The position numbers and the translations under genes were made by a program. Under the pieces are notes generated by a model. The model did not search any database. It was not told the DNA's origin and saw only the letters and a program-made list of their open reading frames with translations. A stretch of DNA of 64,000 bases, taken from the NCBI RefSeq assembly GCF_009914755.1, contig NC_060937.1; one strand, given 5' to 3'. Source of the DNA: the human T2T-CHM13v2.0 reference genome, Homo sapiens. Positions 13,860 through 29,588 of this stretch are shown here, one piece after another (position 1 is the first letter of the stretch; every line of letters starts with the position of its first letter).

Positions 13860-14195
13860 CTGTTTGTGGTGAATTTTTACTAAAAAGGAAAATAAAAGGA
13901 ATCTGTGCATATATTACTTTCTGTTACTTTACCATCTTTTCCTCTAATAGACAAGAAACAGTAACTCTGCATGATCTGCTCAATGAGAGCAATCAGTGAG
14001 TGAGAAATCCCATTTTTCTGGTCATTTACAATTTTCATTTGGGCTATGGCCAGGAATTTTGAAATTTCCTTCTCTTCTACCTGATCTAAATTTATTTTTC
14101 CCCTCCTGCTTGCTTCCCTTGGTTTGTATCATCAAATAAATTGTTAACACATAAGATAACAAATAAATTGTTAACACATAATATAAAGATAATTA
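13860..14195 (+). mobile_element. Possible ERVL-type LTR upstream of the ERVL internal relic
   Basis: CCCTCCTGCTTGCTTCCCTT...AATAAATTGTTAACACATAA resembles ERVL LTR 3' ends; ERVL-like internal sequence follows. Confidence 0.3.
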
Positions 14196-14619
14196 ATTGT
14201 GGCGATGACCACAGGAAAAATAAAGTCTTATGATACAAGTTTGAAGTTGAAGAGTTTCCCAACTTGGGAGAACAGGGGAATTGGGACCTTCTTTCTCATG
14301 GTTTGTGAGATTGTGCTTTCATAGATGCCTGTTTGGGAGGATATGAAGGCAGCAATCACTGGAACAATGATAATGATAATGATAGACTGTGGTGTGATGT
14401 AGCTGTTTTCGACAGAATTCACAAGCTTGTTAAAAATAAAAAAAGCTCAGACAGCTATAAGACAACTTACACTGTAAAGGCTAGAAAGCCAGAAAAATCT
14501 ATATGGCCACTTTAAATAATACTAAAGTTGTAGGAAAAACTACTGAAGGCTGGCTTTAAATGGGAATGTTAGAGGGAAGGAAACAGCAAAGAATACTAAT
14601 TGCAGCCAAATCAAGTATC

Positions 14620-17600
14620 CTGATGGCCATTTGTATGTCTTTTTTTGCAAAAATTTATATTCAAATCATTTGCTCATTTTTCAATTTGTAAGTTTTTTGT
14701 TTGTTTGTTGTTGTTTTGTTATTGAGTTGTTTGAGCCTCTTATATATTCTGGTTATTAACTCTTTTTCAGATGGATAGTTTGCAAATATTTTCTCTTATT
14801 CTGTGGGTTGTTTCTTCACTTTGTTGATTGTTTGCTGTGCAAAAGCTTTTTAGCTTGATGTAATCCCATTTGTCCATTTTTGCTTTGGTAGCCTGTGCTT
14901 TTGAGGTCTTACACAAAATCCTTTGTCTAAACCAATGTCCTGGAGCATTTTCCCGAAGTTTTATTCTAGTAGTTTCATAGTTTGATGGCTTAAATTTAAC
15001 CCTTTAATCCATTTTGATTTGATTTTTATGTATGGTGAGAGATAGGGCTCTAGTTTCATTCTTCAGTGTATACTTCTCTAGCTCTCCCAGCACAATTTAT
15101 TGAAGAGACTATGCTTTGCTTTCTGTACATTATTGGCACCTTTGTCAAATATGAGTTGGCTGTAAGTGGGAGGATTTGAATCTGTGTTCTCTCTTCTGTT
15201 CGGAGGTTCTGTGTGTCTGTTTTTATGCCAGTAGCATGCTGATTTGGCTACTATATCTTGGAAGAAGATTTTGAAGTCAGGTAGTGCCATGCCTCCAGCT
15301 TTGTTCTTTTTTATCTCAGGATTGTTTTGATTACACAGAGTCTTTTGTGGTCCATACAAATTTTAGATTGTTTTTCTGTATGTATGTGAAGAATGTAATT
15401 GGATTTTGACAGGGATTGCACTGAATCTGTAAATTGCTTTGAGTAGTATTGCCATTTTAACCACATTAATCCTTCTAGTACATAAGCATGGGATATTTTT
15501 ATCATTTTTTGTGTCCTCTTCAATTTTTTTAATCAGTATTTTGTAGTTTCCCTGTAGACTATTTGCTTCTTTAGTTAAATTGATTCCTAGGTATTTTATA
15601 ATCTTTATAGTTATTGTAAATGAAATTATTTTCTTGATTTCCTTTTCAGATACCTGTAGATATATTGAAATGTGACTTGTTTTTGTAAGGTGATTTTGTA
15701 TCCTGAAACTTTACTGAAATTCCTTATTAGTTCTCACACTATTTTTTTTTTTTGGTGGACCTTTTTGGTTTTTCTAAGTAAAAAATCATGTCGTCTCTAA
15801 ACAAGGCTAATTTGACTTCTTCCTTTATAATTCCAATGCCCTTTATTTCTTTCTCTTGCTTTATTGCTTTGGCCAGGACTTTTAGACATTCAAAGAGCCA
15901 AGAATGTAGAAAAAATGCTAAACATCACTAATCATTAGGGAAATACACATCAAAACCACAATGAGATATAATCTCGCTCCAGTTAAAATGGCTTTAATAA
16001 AAAAGATGGGCAATAATGGATGATGATGAGGCTGTGTATAAAGGATAACTTTTTTAAATTGTTGGTGGCAATGTAAATTAGTACATGAAGTTTCATGTAC
16101 TAATACATAGAGCTACCATATGACACAAATAAAGGATAAATTTTTTACATTGTTGGTGGGAATGTAAATTAGTATGAAGGTTCATGTACTAATACATAGA
16201 GCTACCACATGACACAGCAATTCCACTACTGAATATATATTCACAGCAATTCCACTACAGAATATATATATATTCCACTACTGAATATATATATATTCCA
16301 CTACTGAATATATATATACACTAAATATGTGTATTTAGCCTGTGTATATATACTAAATATATATATTTATATATTTATATAGACTAAATACATATACATA
16401 AATATATATGTAACTATATATGACATGATTTATATATATAAATATATATAATAAATATAAATATATTATATTTATATTTATTATATATATTTATATATAC
16501 TATAGAGCTACCATATGACACAGCAATTCCATTACTGAATATATATAAATATATATACTAAATATACATATTTCTATATATTTAGTATATATAAATATAT
16601 ATTTATATATAATTTATATATAATGTATATTATATATAATGTATATATATAATTTATTTATTTATATATAAATTTATATTTATATAAATTATTTATATAA
16701 ATATATATTATATATAAAACATATATATTAAATATAAAATATATATAAAAATGTATATATTAATATTTAATGTATATTATTTTATTGAATAAATAAATAT
16801 ATATAAATAATATATATCAATAAATTTATAAATATATGTATAAATAAATATATAAATAAAAATATATATTTTATTTATTAAATATAAATAATATATAATA
16901 TATAAAAATGTATGAAAAATATATAAATATATAAATATGTAAATAATTTATATAAATAAATATAAATATGTAAATAATTTCTATGAATATAAATATGTAA
17001 ATAATTTCTATAAATATATATAAATATGTAAATAATTTATATAAATATATATAAATATGTAAATAATTTATATATATAAAAATGTAAATAATTTATATAT
17101 ATAAATATGTAAATAATTTATAGATATAAATATGTAAATAATTTATAGATATAAATATGTAAATAATTTATAGATATATATATGTAAATAATTTATAGAT
17201 ATAAATATGTAAATAATTTATATATATAAATATGTAAATAATTTATATATATAAATATGTAAATAATTTATATATATAAATATGTAAATAATTTATATAT
17301 ATAAATATGTAAATAATTTATATATAAAAATATGTAAATAATTTATATATAAATATGTAAACAATTTATATATAAATATGTAAACAATTTATATAAATAT
17401 AAATATGTAAATAATTTATATAAATATATATAAATATGTAAGTAATTTATATAAATATATAAATATGTAAGTAATTTATATAAATATATATAAATATATA
17501 AATAATTTATATAAATATATGTAAATATATAATTTATATAAATATATATAAATATATTTATATTTAGTATATATATTTATATATATGCAGTAGTGGAATT

Positions 17601-18583
17601 GCTCTGTCATATTGTAGCTCTATGTATTAGTACATGAACCTTCATGTACTAATTTACATTTCTACCAACAATGTAAAAAGATATATATATTTAGTGTGTG
17701 TATATATACACTAAATATATATCTATATCTATACACAGATATAAATGTCTTCAAAGAAAGGAAAAAAATATAAGGGATCTTTGTACTCCCATGTTTATCA
17801 TAGCACTATTCACAACAGTTAAAATCTGGAAACAACCTAAATGTTCCTCAAGAATGAATGGATAAACAGCAACAACAAAAAAACATAATGGAATATTATT
17901 CTGTCATAAAAAATTATGAAATCCCATCAACAGAGTTTTTTATTGTTTAATTGTGCTTTGGTTATTTTAAAAAATATATTACCCTGTTGCATTCTGTTTT
18001 TCATAGTTTTAATTCACAAGTCCATCATCAGTCTCAGCTTCTTTGAAGGCATTTATCTTTTTAGTTTGGCTGCTTTATCCACCAATGTATAAATGAATAA
18101 ATAGATATGATATCTATCTATATATATACACATACAATGGAATATTAGACATAAAAATAATAAAATTTGGTTATTTGCAGGAGCATGAATGGAAATTGAG
18201 ATCATTATGTAAATTGAAATATGCCAAGCAAAGAAGGACAGCTATTGCAAGGTCTCATCCATGTGTGGGATCCCAGAGGCTGGAAAGGGCATGTGGGAGA
18301 GGAAATGGAGAGGAGTTGATTAATGGGTACAAACATACAGTTGGAAGAAGAAATAAGATCAACTGTTTGATAGATAAGTAAGGTGACTATAGTTTATAAC
18401 GATTGTACATTTCAACATAGCAGGAAGATAACAAATGATTGTAGCAAAAAGACAAATATTTAAGGCGATGAATATTCCAGGCACACTGATTTGATCTTAC
18501 AAATTATATAAACACATTAAATCATTACATATATTCAGAAACTATAGACATCTATTATGTATCAATAAAAATTATTTCAAAAA
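14620..18583 (+). mobile_element. 5'-truncated, 5'-inverted L1MA (L1MA4A-like) with internal rearrangements
   Basis: ORF2 on minus at 14620-~15883 (ORF 15078-15359 LPDFK...YWHKNRH...QLIFDKG), then sense ORF2 end and 3' UTR from ~15884 to the tail at ~18570; both breakpoints map to the AGACATACAAATGGCC region; degenerate TSD AAATCAAGTATCCTGA / AAATTCGGATATTCTGA. Confidence 0.85.
16240..17580. repeat. Near-pure AT low-complexity tract with a ~25-bp minisatellite (ATAAATATGTAAATAATTTATA[G/T]AT), roughly 20 copies at ~16930-17520
   Basis: 25-bp period read directly, e.g. 17101-17175. Confidence 0.95.
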
Positions 18584-18944
18584 TTCGGATATTCTGAGTC
18601 AATCTGAGTTCTAATGGAACAGAAAATGTGGTCATGAGACCAAGAATGGCAGTATTAGTGTGGATGAGACTCAATATCTTGAATTCCCAAATTTTCTTGG
18701 GGCAACCTGGCCAACCAAATTGGTGTGTTTCTCATGATGAGAGAAAAATCACCAAATTGATGTGTTTCTTAACATGAAAGAAAAATCACTTAACGTTTGT
18801 TAGGAATTTATAATACCTTACCTGAGGCTGGTTTGAAACAACACGCTTTTATTCAAGATTGTTTAAACATCTCTCATTGACTCCAAGGCAAAAAAGAGTT
18901 AGTTGTCTTCAGAGGATGAGCATACAAACAAGGTCTGCTTTCAC

Positions 18945-18948
<4 letters not shown>

Positions 18949-18975
<27 letters not shown>
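18949..18975. repeat. (CA)n microsatellite
   Basis: Perfect AC run, ~13 units. Confidence 0.97.
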
Positions 18976-19750
18976 GCTCTATGACAAGGAGATCGCAGAA
19001 TTATTTAATGTGTATTTTTACCACGTGTATGAAAATGTATCTTGGGGGTTTTAGAATAATAAGGAAAAGAATCGTATAAGGTTAAAAAGAAAGTATTTTT
19101 TGACATGGGGGCAATCACTTATGATTTAGAAGTCAATATTCTGGCAAGGACACTCACAGCCCTTCTTCTGTGTTTGCAGGGATGGCTCCTTGAAGACTGA
19201 AAACAATGATTGCTGATAGTGTGCTGAAACTTCTTTGACACTGACTTAAGGAAGGAATCAAAGGGTCAGGTAAGTGGGAATGTTCTAATAAATCTGAGAA
19301 ACCACCACCTGATTAGATTACCTGAGAGGGCCCAGAAGATATTCCCTTATTAGTCCATGGTGAATACATGTGTAAATGTGGCACCGATATCTTTGCAAAC
19401 CTCAATGATGGCTGGGCTAGCATGAAAATGCTTCCTGTTACTGACATATCTTTCTTATATAACCGAGGTTAATGGGATTCTAAAGTGAGAGAGCACAATT
19501 AAAGAATTTAATAATCAAAGACTAGCTGAAGTTAGTTTGTGTGAGGTGCATCAGCACTGGGGTTGCAGTAAGAGTCCCTTCATCCAAAGGAATATATATG
19601 TGAGTGGATTAAAACTTATTATAGGCCTAGGGAAAAGTAGATGTGCAGTTAACTAATGTTGCTTACTTTGTATATTTAAAACATTTAAAAGGTGGCAGGA
19701 AGATGACTAACTTTAACCACCACAATGAAAAAATTAATTTCCTTGCTCAG

Positions 19751-20358
19751 AGTATTAATTTCCTATTGCTGCCATCACAAATCACTACAAATACAACTAC
19801 CTAAACACCTGTTTATTACCTCACAATTCTGTTGGTGAGAAATCCAGGAGGACTCAGCCAAGTTCTCTTCTTTGGATATTACAAGACCAAAGTTTAAGGC
19901 ATTGGCCATATTGAGCTCTTCTCTCAGGAAACTTAGAAGGAATCTCTTCCTAAACTCCTTCAGTTGGTTTGAAGAACTCAATTCTTTGTGATTGTACATC
20001 TGTGGTTCCCATTTACTTGCTGGTGTTAATGATAGGTTGCTTTTCTCTTAAAGGTTGCCCAAATTTCTATTCATTTGCCCCTTTTATCTCAAAGCCAGGA
20101 AGAGTTTATTGAATTCTTCTCACCCTTCCATTTTCTCAGGCTTTCCTTTCTGCCGACAGCCAGAGAAATCTCTCTGTATTTAAGATCTCATGTAACTATA
20201 CCCAGCTCACCTGGATAGTTGCCCTATCTAAAGGCCTATTGTTCCGTACAACATAAAACAATTGTGGAAGTGATGTCTTTTTATATTTACAAGGTTTGAG
20301 GATAAGGACAGATATTTGGAGAGTGGAGGAGGCATTTACAAAAATGTTGTTTACCTCA
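19751..20358 (-). mobile_element. MaLR solo LTR, MLT1E-group
   Basis: GTATTAATTTCCTATTGCTGCC start, CTCACAATTCTGTTGGTGAGAAATCC, ~610 bp; interrupts contiguous ERVL internal sequence. Confidence 0.75.
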
Positions 20359-20512
20359 GTGAGTTTCTAAAACTAAATCAATTCTCAAACCCAAAGCCCA
20401 CTCATAAAAGGTAAGGCTGGATGTACTTGAGAAAAAAACCTAGCACTATTACTACACGTGTATACAATACCTTCCAGTCCTATACCAGATGGACCAGCAG
20501 CCACATTTAGGA

Positions 20513-21264
<752 letters not shown>

Positions 21265-21759
21265 AAGTACACTGAGGAAAGAAAAGTACCTAGACTTTTT
21301 GAGGACAATTAAGATAAAGACTCTGTGCTAACTGATAACTGTTGATCCAAATGCTGAATAATTTTAATTCTTACTTAAGCACTAAAAGGGAATACAACAC
21401 ATTCTATACATTCCACTGGCTCTCTCATTTCTGGATCTCACAGGTAGAGAAGTGAGACAGATATGTCTTTTTTTTTTTTAATGGAGCATCAGAGACCTAT
21501 ATAATAAACTTCTATTGTGATAGACTTAGTGACTTTGGCAAGTCTCATAACTGACTCATATGAGCTTACTGTATTCACTAGACTGTATCATATTTTTCTT
21601 ATTAACCAGTATTAATCAAAAAAGCAAAGTGCCAAAGCAGAATAAAAACTATATGTATTGACATTCATACGAAATGTATTTATGTATGTCATAATATAAA
21701 TCCATGCAAAATGACATTTTCACCATAAAGGTCACAGTAAAAAGAAAAATAAAATGTTG

Positions 21760-22036
21760 GGCCAAGCACAGTGACTCATGCCTGTAATGTAAGCCCTTTG
21801 GGAGGCTGAGGTTGGTGGATTGCTTGAGCCCAGGAGTTTGAGACCAGCCTGTGCAGCATAGTGAAACCCCATCTCTACAAAACTACAAAAAATTAGCCTG
21901 GCATGGTGGCATGCACCTGTAGTCCAGCAACCCAAGAGTCTGAGCTCCAGAGGTCAAAGCTGCAGTGAGCTGTGACTGCACTATTGCACTCCAGCCTGTG
22001 TGACAAATGAGATCTTGTCTAAAAAAAGAAAAAAAA
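21760..22036 (+). mobile_element. AluJ with a short right-arm deletion
   Basis: GGATTGCTTGAGCCCAGGAGTTTGAG and GAGGTCAAAGCTGCAGTGAGCTGTG are J-type; poly(A) tail. Confidence 0.93.
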
Positions 22037-22047
22037 GTCTTACATTA

Positions 22048-22680
22048 TATATTATCTTCCTAATGCTATGTAACATATTACTACATATTTAGTAAAATAA
22101 TATTCACTTATCAGTTCACATTTCCTTAGGTCAGAAGTCCAGATGGGCTTGACTAGGTTCTCTGCAGAGGATTTCACAATTCCAATAACCCAGGCCAGCC
22201 AGATGGGCTCTGTGGGAACTCGAGGGAAGAATCCACTTCTAGTTGTATTCAAGTTAATGGCCAAGTTCTGTTCCTTGAAGTGTTAAGACTAAGGTCCCCA
22301 TTTCTTTGTTATTGTCAGCTACGGACCATTCTTACCTTCTAGAAGAAGTCTGAATTCCGTGTGGGTGACCGCCCCCCGCTGCCGCAATATTCACAATTAG
22401 CCATTCAAAACTATCAATAGCATGGCCAATCCTTATACTTCAAAACTTCCTTACTTCCTTTTCTGCGACTCAACAGAAAATATTGTTTCTTTTAAAGGGC
22501 TTGTTTTATTTGATTAGGCCAACCTAGATGCACTCTTGCATGCCATGCAAAGTGGCAGAAATCATTAAGTGACATTTTAAACTGATATGATATGCACAGA
22601 TTCTACACAAACTCAAATATGACAGGGTTATACAAGGGCAAGGCACAATGGTGGCCATTCTTAGGATCCTGCCTACCATA
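22048..22680 (-). mobile_element. MaLR solo LTR, MLT1E2-like
   Basis: AGGTCAGAAGTCCAGATGGGCTTGACTAGGTTCTCTGC, GGGAAGAATCCACTTC, GGCCATTCTTAGGATCCTGCCTACCATA end; ~630 bp. Confidence 0.78.
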
Positions 22681-22976
22681 CATCTTATGTATAAAAATGT
22701 GTATATCATGCCATATATCTTTAATAAATACAATATTCAAATTGTTTTCTGCAAAATTTCAAGAGCCATACTACCTGGTATATCTGATTGTTCAAAATTA
22801 TGGGATGAGTAATTAAGTTAATGCTTGCAATATCCACTTGAATATCACTTTCTGAAAACACATCAAAACAAAATAAATGATTAAAGTTCAAATTTGTTTT
22901 TCTCCTTTCCACGATAATAGCTCCTAAAATCCCCAAATCTCCTTTAAAAATATGGGAGGAAGAATAAAATTACACC

Positions 22977-23335
22977 TGCAATAGACAATGTTTATAGCCT
23001 ACCAAAATCTCTTTGTTGAAATATTAAATCCCAAGTTGATGGCATTAGGAGGCAGAGCCTTTGGGAGGTCATTAGGTCATGAGGGCAGTGCCCTCACAAA
23101 GGCAATTAGTGTCCTTACAAAAGAGGCCTGAGGAAACTTATTTGTCTCTTCCACTATGTAAGGACATAGGAAGAAGGTGTGGTTTATAAGGAACTGGCCC
23201 TCACAAGACATTGAATCTGCTCACACCTTGTTCTTGAACTTCTGAGCCTCCAGAACTGTGGGAAATACATTTTTGTTGTTTATAAGCTACTCAGTTTATG
23301 GTATTTTGTTACAGCAGCTTGGACAGACTAAAACT
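22977..23335 (+). mobile_element. MaLR solo LTR, MLT1A0-like
   Basis: GCCTTTGGGAGGTCATTAGGTCATGAGGGC, GCCTCCAGAACTGTG, CAGTTTATGGTATTTTGTT; TSD ACACC/ACAGC. Confidence 0.9.
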
Positions 23336-25194
23336 ACAGCCTAAGTTATTTATTTTGATATTTGTTATATTAAAGGCATCTGGTATATAAATAATATGAA
23401 TAAGATGCTGCCCATTATTCTAATATAATAATTTAATTATATTTTTTAAAAAAGACAAGATATAATGTTGAGTAAGTATACCTTTTATTTTATTATCCAC
23501 TAGTCATAATAGACTGAAATAATATATATATAACACACTTGCTAGAAAAATGCCTTATGTTATCTGCCATCTTATACTACTGTGGATAAGACTGTTGTTT
23601 GCATTTAGTTTGCTTTCTAGTAGCATACCAGTTTCTATAGAATGTTTCTGCTTCCTCTTCTTTTCCATCAGGAAGTGCTGTTGAAGTCCCTGAATCTATT
23701 GGGTTACACCTGAGTCTAATTGAATAATAACTAAGAATATCTTTCCTAAGCCATTTGTATATGTTGTATTTTATAAATCTCAAGTTCAAGAAAACTGGAA
23801 GAATATTCTACCCTACAGAGCATAACATTTTATTAGTCCCTTATAGTACTTAAAAAAATTCCAATGCATTATCAAGTTTGCATTAATCTTTATTATGTTT
23901 TCTTATTATAAAATAGTACATATTTACTTAAAGATCACTGAATGTTATAATACTTAGTTATAGTATAATACAATTCTTTTTTAGGTGGTATATTCACAAT
24001 TAACTCCAGTGAGTTCATTCACTTTTATTCATGTATTATTTGTTTAGTCACTAGGCATTTACTAAATCATATTAGTGAACCATAAAAGAAGAAATATTAC
24101 TGTATTTTAAAACATTTTCAATATAATTTTATATCCTACTGATGGCATACAGGGATTATACAATTCCTTAGAAATGAATTGCAAATTCTGATGCTTTAGA
24201 ATAATGGTTGGTATATCATGCTGTTTTAAAATTCCAAATGTCAATGACATGTAGCAGTCAAACCCTGAGTTTAAATTCTTCTGTTCTAATTCCAGATTTT
24301 CTTCTTGGTAGCTAATTGGTACTAAGCAAGTAACCTAGTCTCCGAAAAAGTTACGTTATCAATTTTAAAACGTAATAAACTTATAAAATACTACACAGAT
24401 GTAAGCTATGATGAAGATAGTGATTATGCAGCAATAACAATACTTTCCATTTTGTAATATTTGTATAATCTGAAGTTGATCCCTTCCATTCTTAAGTTAG
24501 CTTTCCGTAAAAAAATATGAAATTTATTTTTCTGAAGAAATATATGTTGACAAGGTCTCGGAGAATACAGTTATGTGTATTCCCAAATTCTAAATATCTG
24601 AGTCAGTTTCATTTTATCTTGTTCTGAAAGCCTAGTCATGTGAAAAAATATTGATGGCAGTAAGATTCTAAGGCAACATATGTATAAGTAACTGAAGAAA
24701 ACTAATAGTACAACAAATGGTCAGAAGAAATCCTTTACGAATGTGTTGAAGCAAAATTCAAATCAATATGATTGAATTGTTAATATCAATGAAACCCAGA
24801 TAGACGCACCTGTGTAAAAAAGTTGAGTATCTCAGATCAAACTAGTCTTAGGCAAGAAAACAACTATAAACAACAAATTGTGCAAGTTGCAGCAAATCAT
24901 TAAGGCTGAGATGGGATACACATTTAATCCATGTTGTGAAAACTTGTTTCCTTTTCTTTAGGGCATTTGACTCAAAAGCCCATGTTTTTCCATTAGGTGC
25001 AATTTGGCCCTATTAGAGGACATTTGTATCCTTCATTCACTATTTAATTAAGAGAGAAATGTTAAAGTAATTGAACCTGTAGTGCTTTAAATGCAGGAGG
25101 AATATTGTATTTGTATTGTTTTAATATTCAAAGTATGTAAAAGCCATGTTATTATATTAGTTAAAATACCAATAGAAAACATTTCAAATTACGT

Positions 25195-25440
25195 ATTCAT
25201 GCAACAATGTTTTCTGAGCAGTTATATGTGCTAGACTATAAAGAACTAAGTAATAAACAATACAGATATGGTATTTTCTCTATTATACTACTAATGATGG
25301 CAGAAAAAGAGAGAGGAAATTGCTACGATGTATGATTAATGCTATATCAAACAAAGTAATGTACAATTTGTGACAAATTCCAGGAATATCTAATTTATTC
25401 TACACAGTGCATAAAGTTTTCCCAGAAAATACCTCTTTAT
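25195..25440 (-). mobile_element. LINE-2 3' fragment (degraded)
   Basis: ATTCATGCAACAATGTTTTCTGAGCAGTTATATGTGCTAG resembles the antisense L2 tail. Confidence 0.45.
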
Positions 25441-26175
25441 CTTAGCTAAAAGTCTTCTAAACCAGCTTTATATTTTTTTCAGTAGTTCTCAAACTGTAGC
25501 CTCATTTAAAGTGAAGATAAAAATTATTTCATGGAAACTGAGTATTAAATTATTTTTCTTATATTATTTTGACATACCCAATAATAAAACTAAGAACATA
25601 ATTTTTGAGGTTTTAATTCTGTGTGACTTTAAAATTAAAACATATTTCACAATGAACTATAAAGCAAAATTTATCTCAAATTAGTGAAACTGATAATGTT
25701 TACCTGATGATAAATTGATTCTACCAATATTAATATGGAGTGTATTGCTATGAGGTGAATTTTTGAGTATGGCCTGATTTACTGCTAAAGGATTTCTCAA
25801 GCAAATTTTGTAGGTTTTATCCAGTGCAAAAATTCAGTCAATTGTTATTAGGCCCTCATTCTGTGGGAACATACCTCTTTTGTTTTATCTCTTTGTTCTT
25901 TCAGTAGTGACTCATAATAATTAAAGTGAGACTATTGTTTCTTTTTTTAATTTAATTTAATTTTATTATTATTATACTTTAAGTTTTAGGGTACATGTGC
26001 ACAATGTTCAGGTTAGTTACATATGTATACATGTGCCATGCTGGTGTGCTGCACCCATTAACTCGTCATTTAGCATTAGGTATATCTCCTAATGCTATCC
26101 CTTCCCCCTCCCCCCACCCCACAACACTCCCCAGAGTGTGATGTTCCCCTTCCTGTGTCCATGTGTTCTTATTGT

Positions 26176-27946
<1,771 letters not shown>

Positions 27947-28476
27947 AAACCACTGCTCAATGAAATAAAAGAGGATACAAAGAAATGGAAGAACATTCCA
28001 TGCTCATGGGTAGGAAGAATCAATATCATGAAAATGGCCATACTGCCCAAGAGACTATTGTTTCTAAGACAGTCAGAAGTATCTACTAAAATATGGGCAT
28101 TTAAATCACATAGCACTATTTTCCTTTTGCAGTCCCACTAATTTCCTTTTGCAGAGTAGACTCACTTTATAACTCTCTTTGAAAAATGTCCCTTTATCAA
28201 GGGTCTGACTCAGAGAATTGTGTTGGAAAGTCTATGCACACTCAAAAATCAACAAACCTGTTATTAAGATTACTATCTTAAATGTATTTTATAATGTATT
28301 AGGAATACAACAAGAAAACTGAATTACCTGAAAAAGAACAAGGAATCAGAGTATAATCAGAACTTTAAAATAAGCGTATCATTTTTATTTCTCAGAGATA
28401 CTTTGAAAGAACTGCATCCAATAAGCTGAGATTCTCACACAATAATATGTTTTTGGAGATTTTGGCATTTGAAACT

Positions 28477-28883
28477 TGTCTTGTTTTGTGCTGTTGTAAC
28501 AAATTATCTGAAGCTAAGTAATTTATATAGAATGAAATTTATTTTCTTATAGTTTTGGAGGCTGGGAGTCCAAGATAAGGGTAGGTTCACTGTCTGGAGA
28601 GAGCCCAGTATCCACTTCCAAGATGGCGCCTTGTTGCTGCATCTTCTTGAGGAGAGAAACACTGTGTCCTGCTATAGTGAAGGAACCCAAGGGATGAGAA
28701 AGGAGCAAACTTCCTCTGTCAAGATCTTTTATAATTGCATTAATTCCATTCACAAAGGTGGAGCACTCATGATTCAATCATTTCTCAATATCAATACCTC
28801 TCAATGCTATTGCTTTGGGGTTTAAAGTCTAACACGAATTCGGGGAGTGTGGTGAGGGGGACACAAGCATTCGAACAATAGCA
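28477..28883 (-). mobile_element. MaLR solo LTR, MSTC-like
   Basis: GGAGGCTGGGAGTCCAAGAT, CTTCCAAGATGGCGCCTTGTTGCTGCATC, CATTCGAACAATAGCA end. Confidence 0.85.
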
Positions 28884-29088
28884 AACATGGAATTGTTGAA
28901 ATGAAAAATGAAAATAACGACAAAGTTTGAAAATAGAATTAATTCACGACTAAATAATACTAAATGGCAAGTTACTATGATGGATGCTGAATTTAAAAAT
29001 TATCAGAGAACATAGGACCGAAAGACAGCACTAGGTCTATCTACGTTATATCCTTATACCTAAAAATATGCACATACTGTGCAGGATT

Positions 29089-29588
29089 GTGTAAGGGCAG
29101 AGAATTTTTCCTCCCCCTCTGAAGGTTTGAGTCTGTGAAAATGAACTGACAACAGGCAGGTTAACAGGAGAAAAGGCATAAAATTTACTGATGGGTAGAA
29201 GCACAGGAGCCATACTAAATAAAAGACTCCAAGAGGGCCCAGGTGACCGAAGTTTTCAAACTGTCCTGAGGCTACAGGTTATGGGAGGTGAGAGGAGGTG
29301 AGCATGTCCTTAGAAATAGTAGATAGTAGTCTGTGGTAAAAGCCTCTGTCAGACCACTAAAAGAATCAGACCTTTAGTTTCTTTTTCCTGTGACTTACGT
29401 ATCTCCTACATCAAGATAAACAGATAAGGAGTCCTCAGAGGAAGCCTGTTTGCATCCCCACAAATGCAAATCTGCTGCACAAGAGGCAGCTTTTCAGGGC
29501 TGTTCCCCTCTCTGCATCCTCTCTAAATAGTTATATCAAAAGATCCCCAAAAAGTATATTTTAGGGTGGCATATTTTGTTATTCCTAA
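29089..29588 (-). mobile_element. ERV1 solo LTR, MER34 group
   Basis: CCCTCTGAAGGTTTGAGTC, GCAGGTTAACAGGAGAAAAGGCATA, AAGTATATTTTAGGGTGGCATATTTTG. Confidence 0.8.

Noticed and set aside
16930-17520. Regular ~25-bp repeats as a possible CRISPR array
   Set aside because: Units are contiguous with no unique spacers, the DNA is primate, and there are no cas genes; it is a minisatellite.
24240-24415. Possible MIR; also possible L2 tails at ~43255-43345 and ~44950-45035 and a hAT-like end at ~42500-42557
   Set aside because: Similarity too degraded to support by eye.
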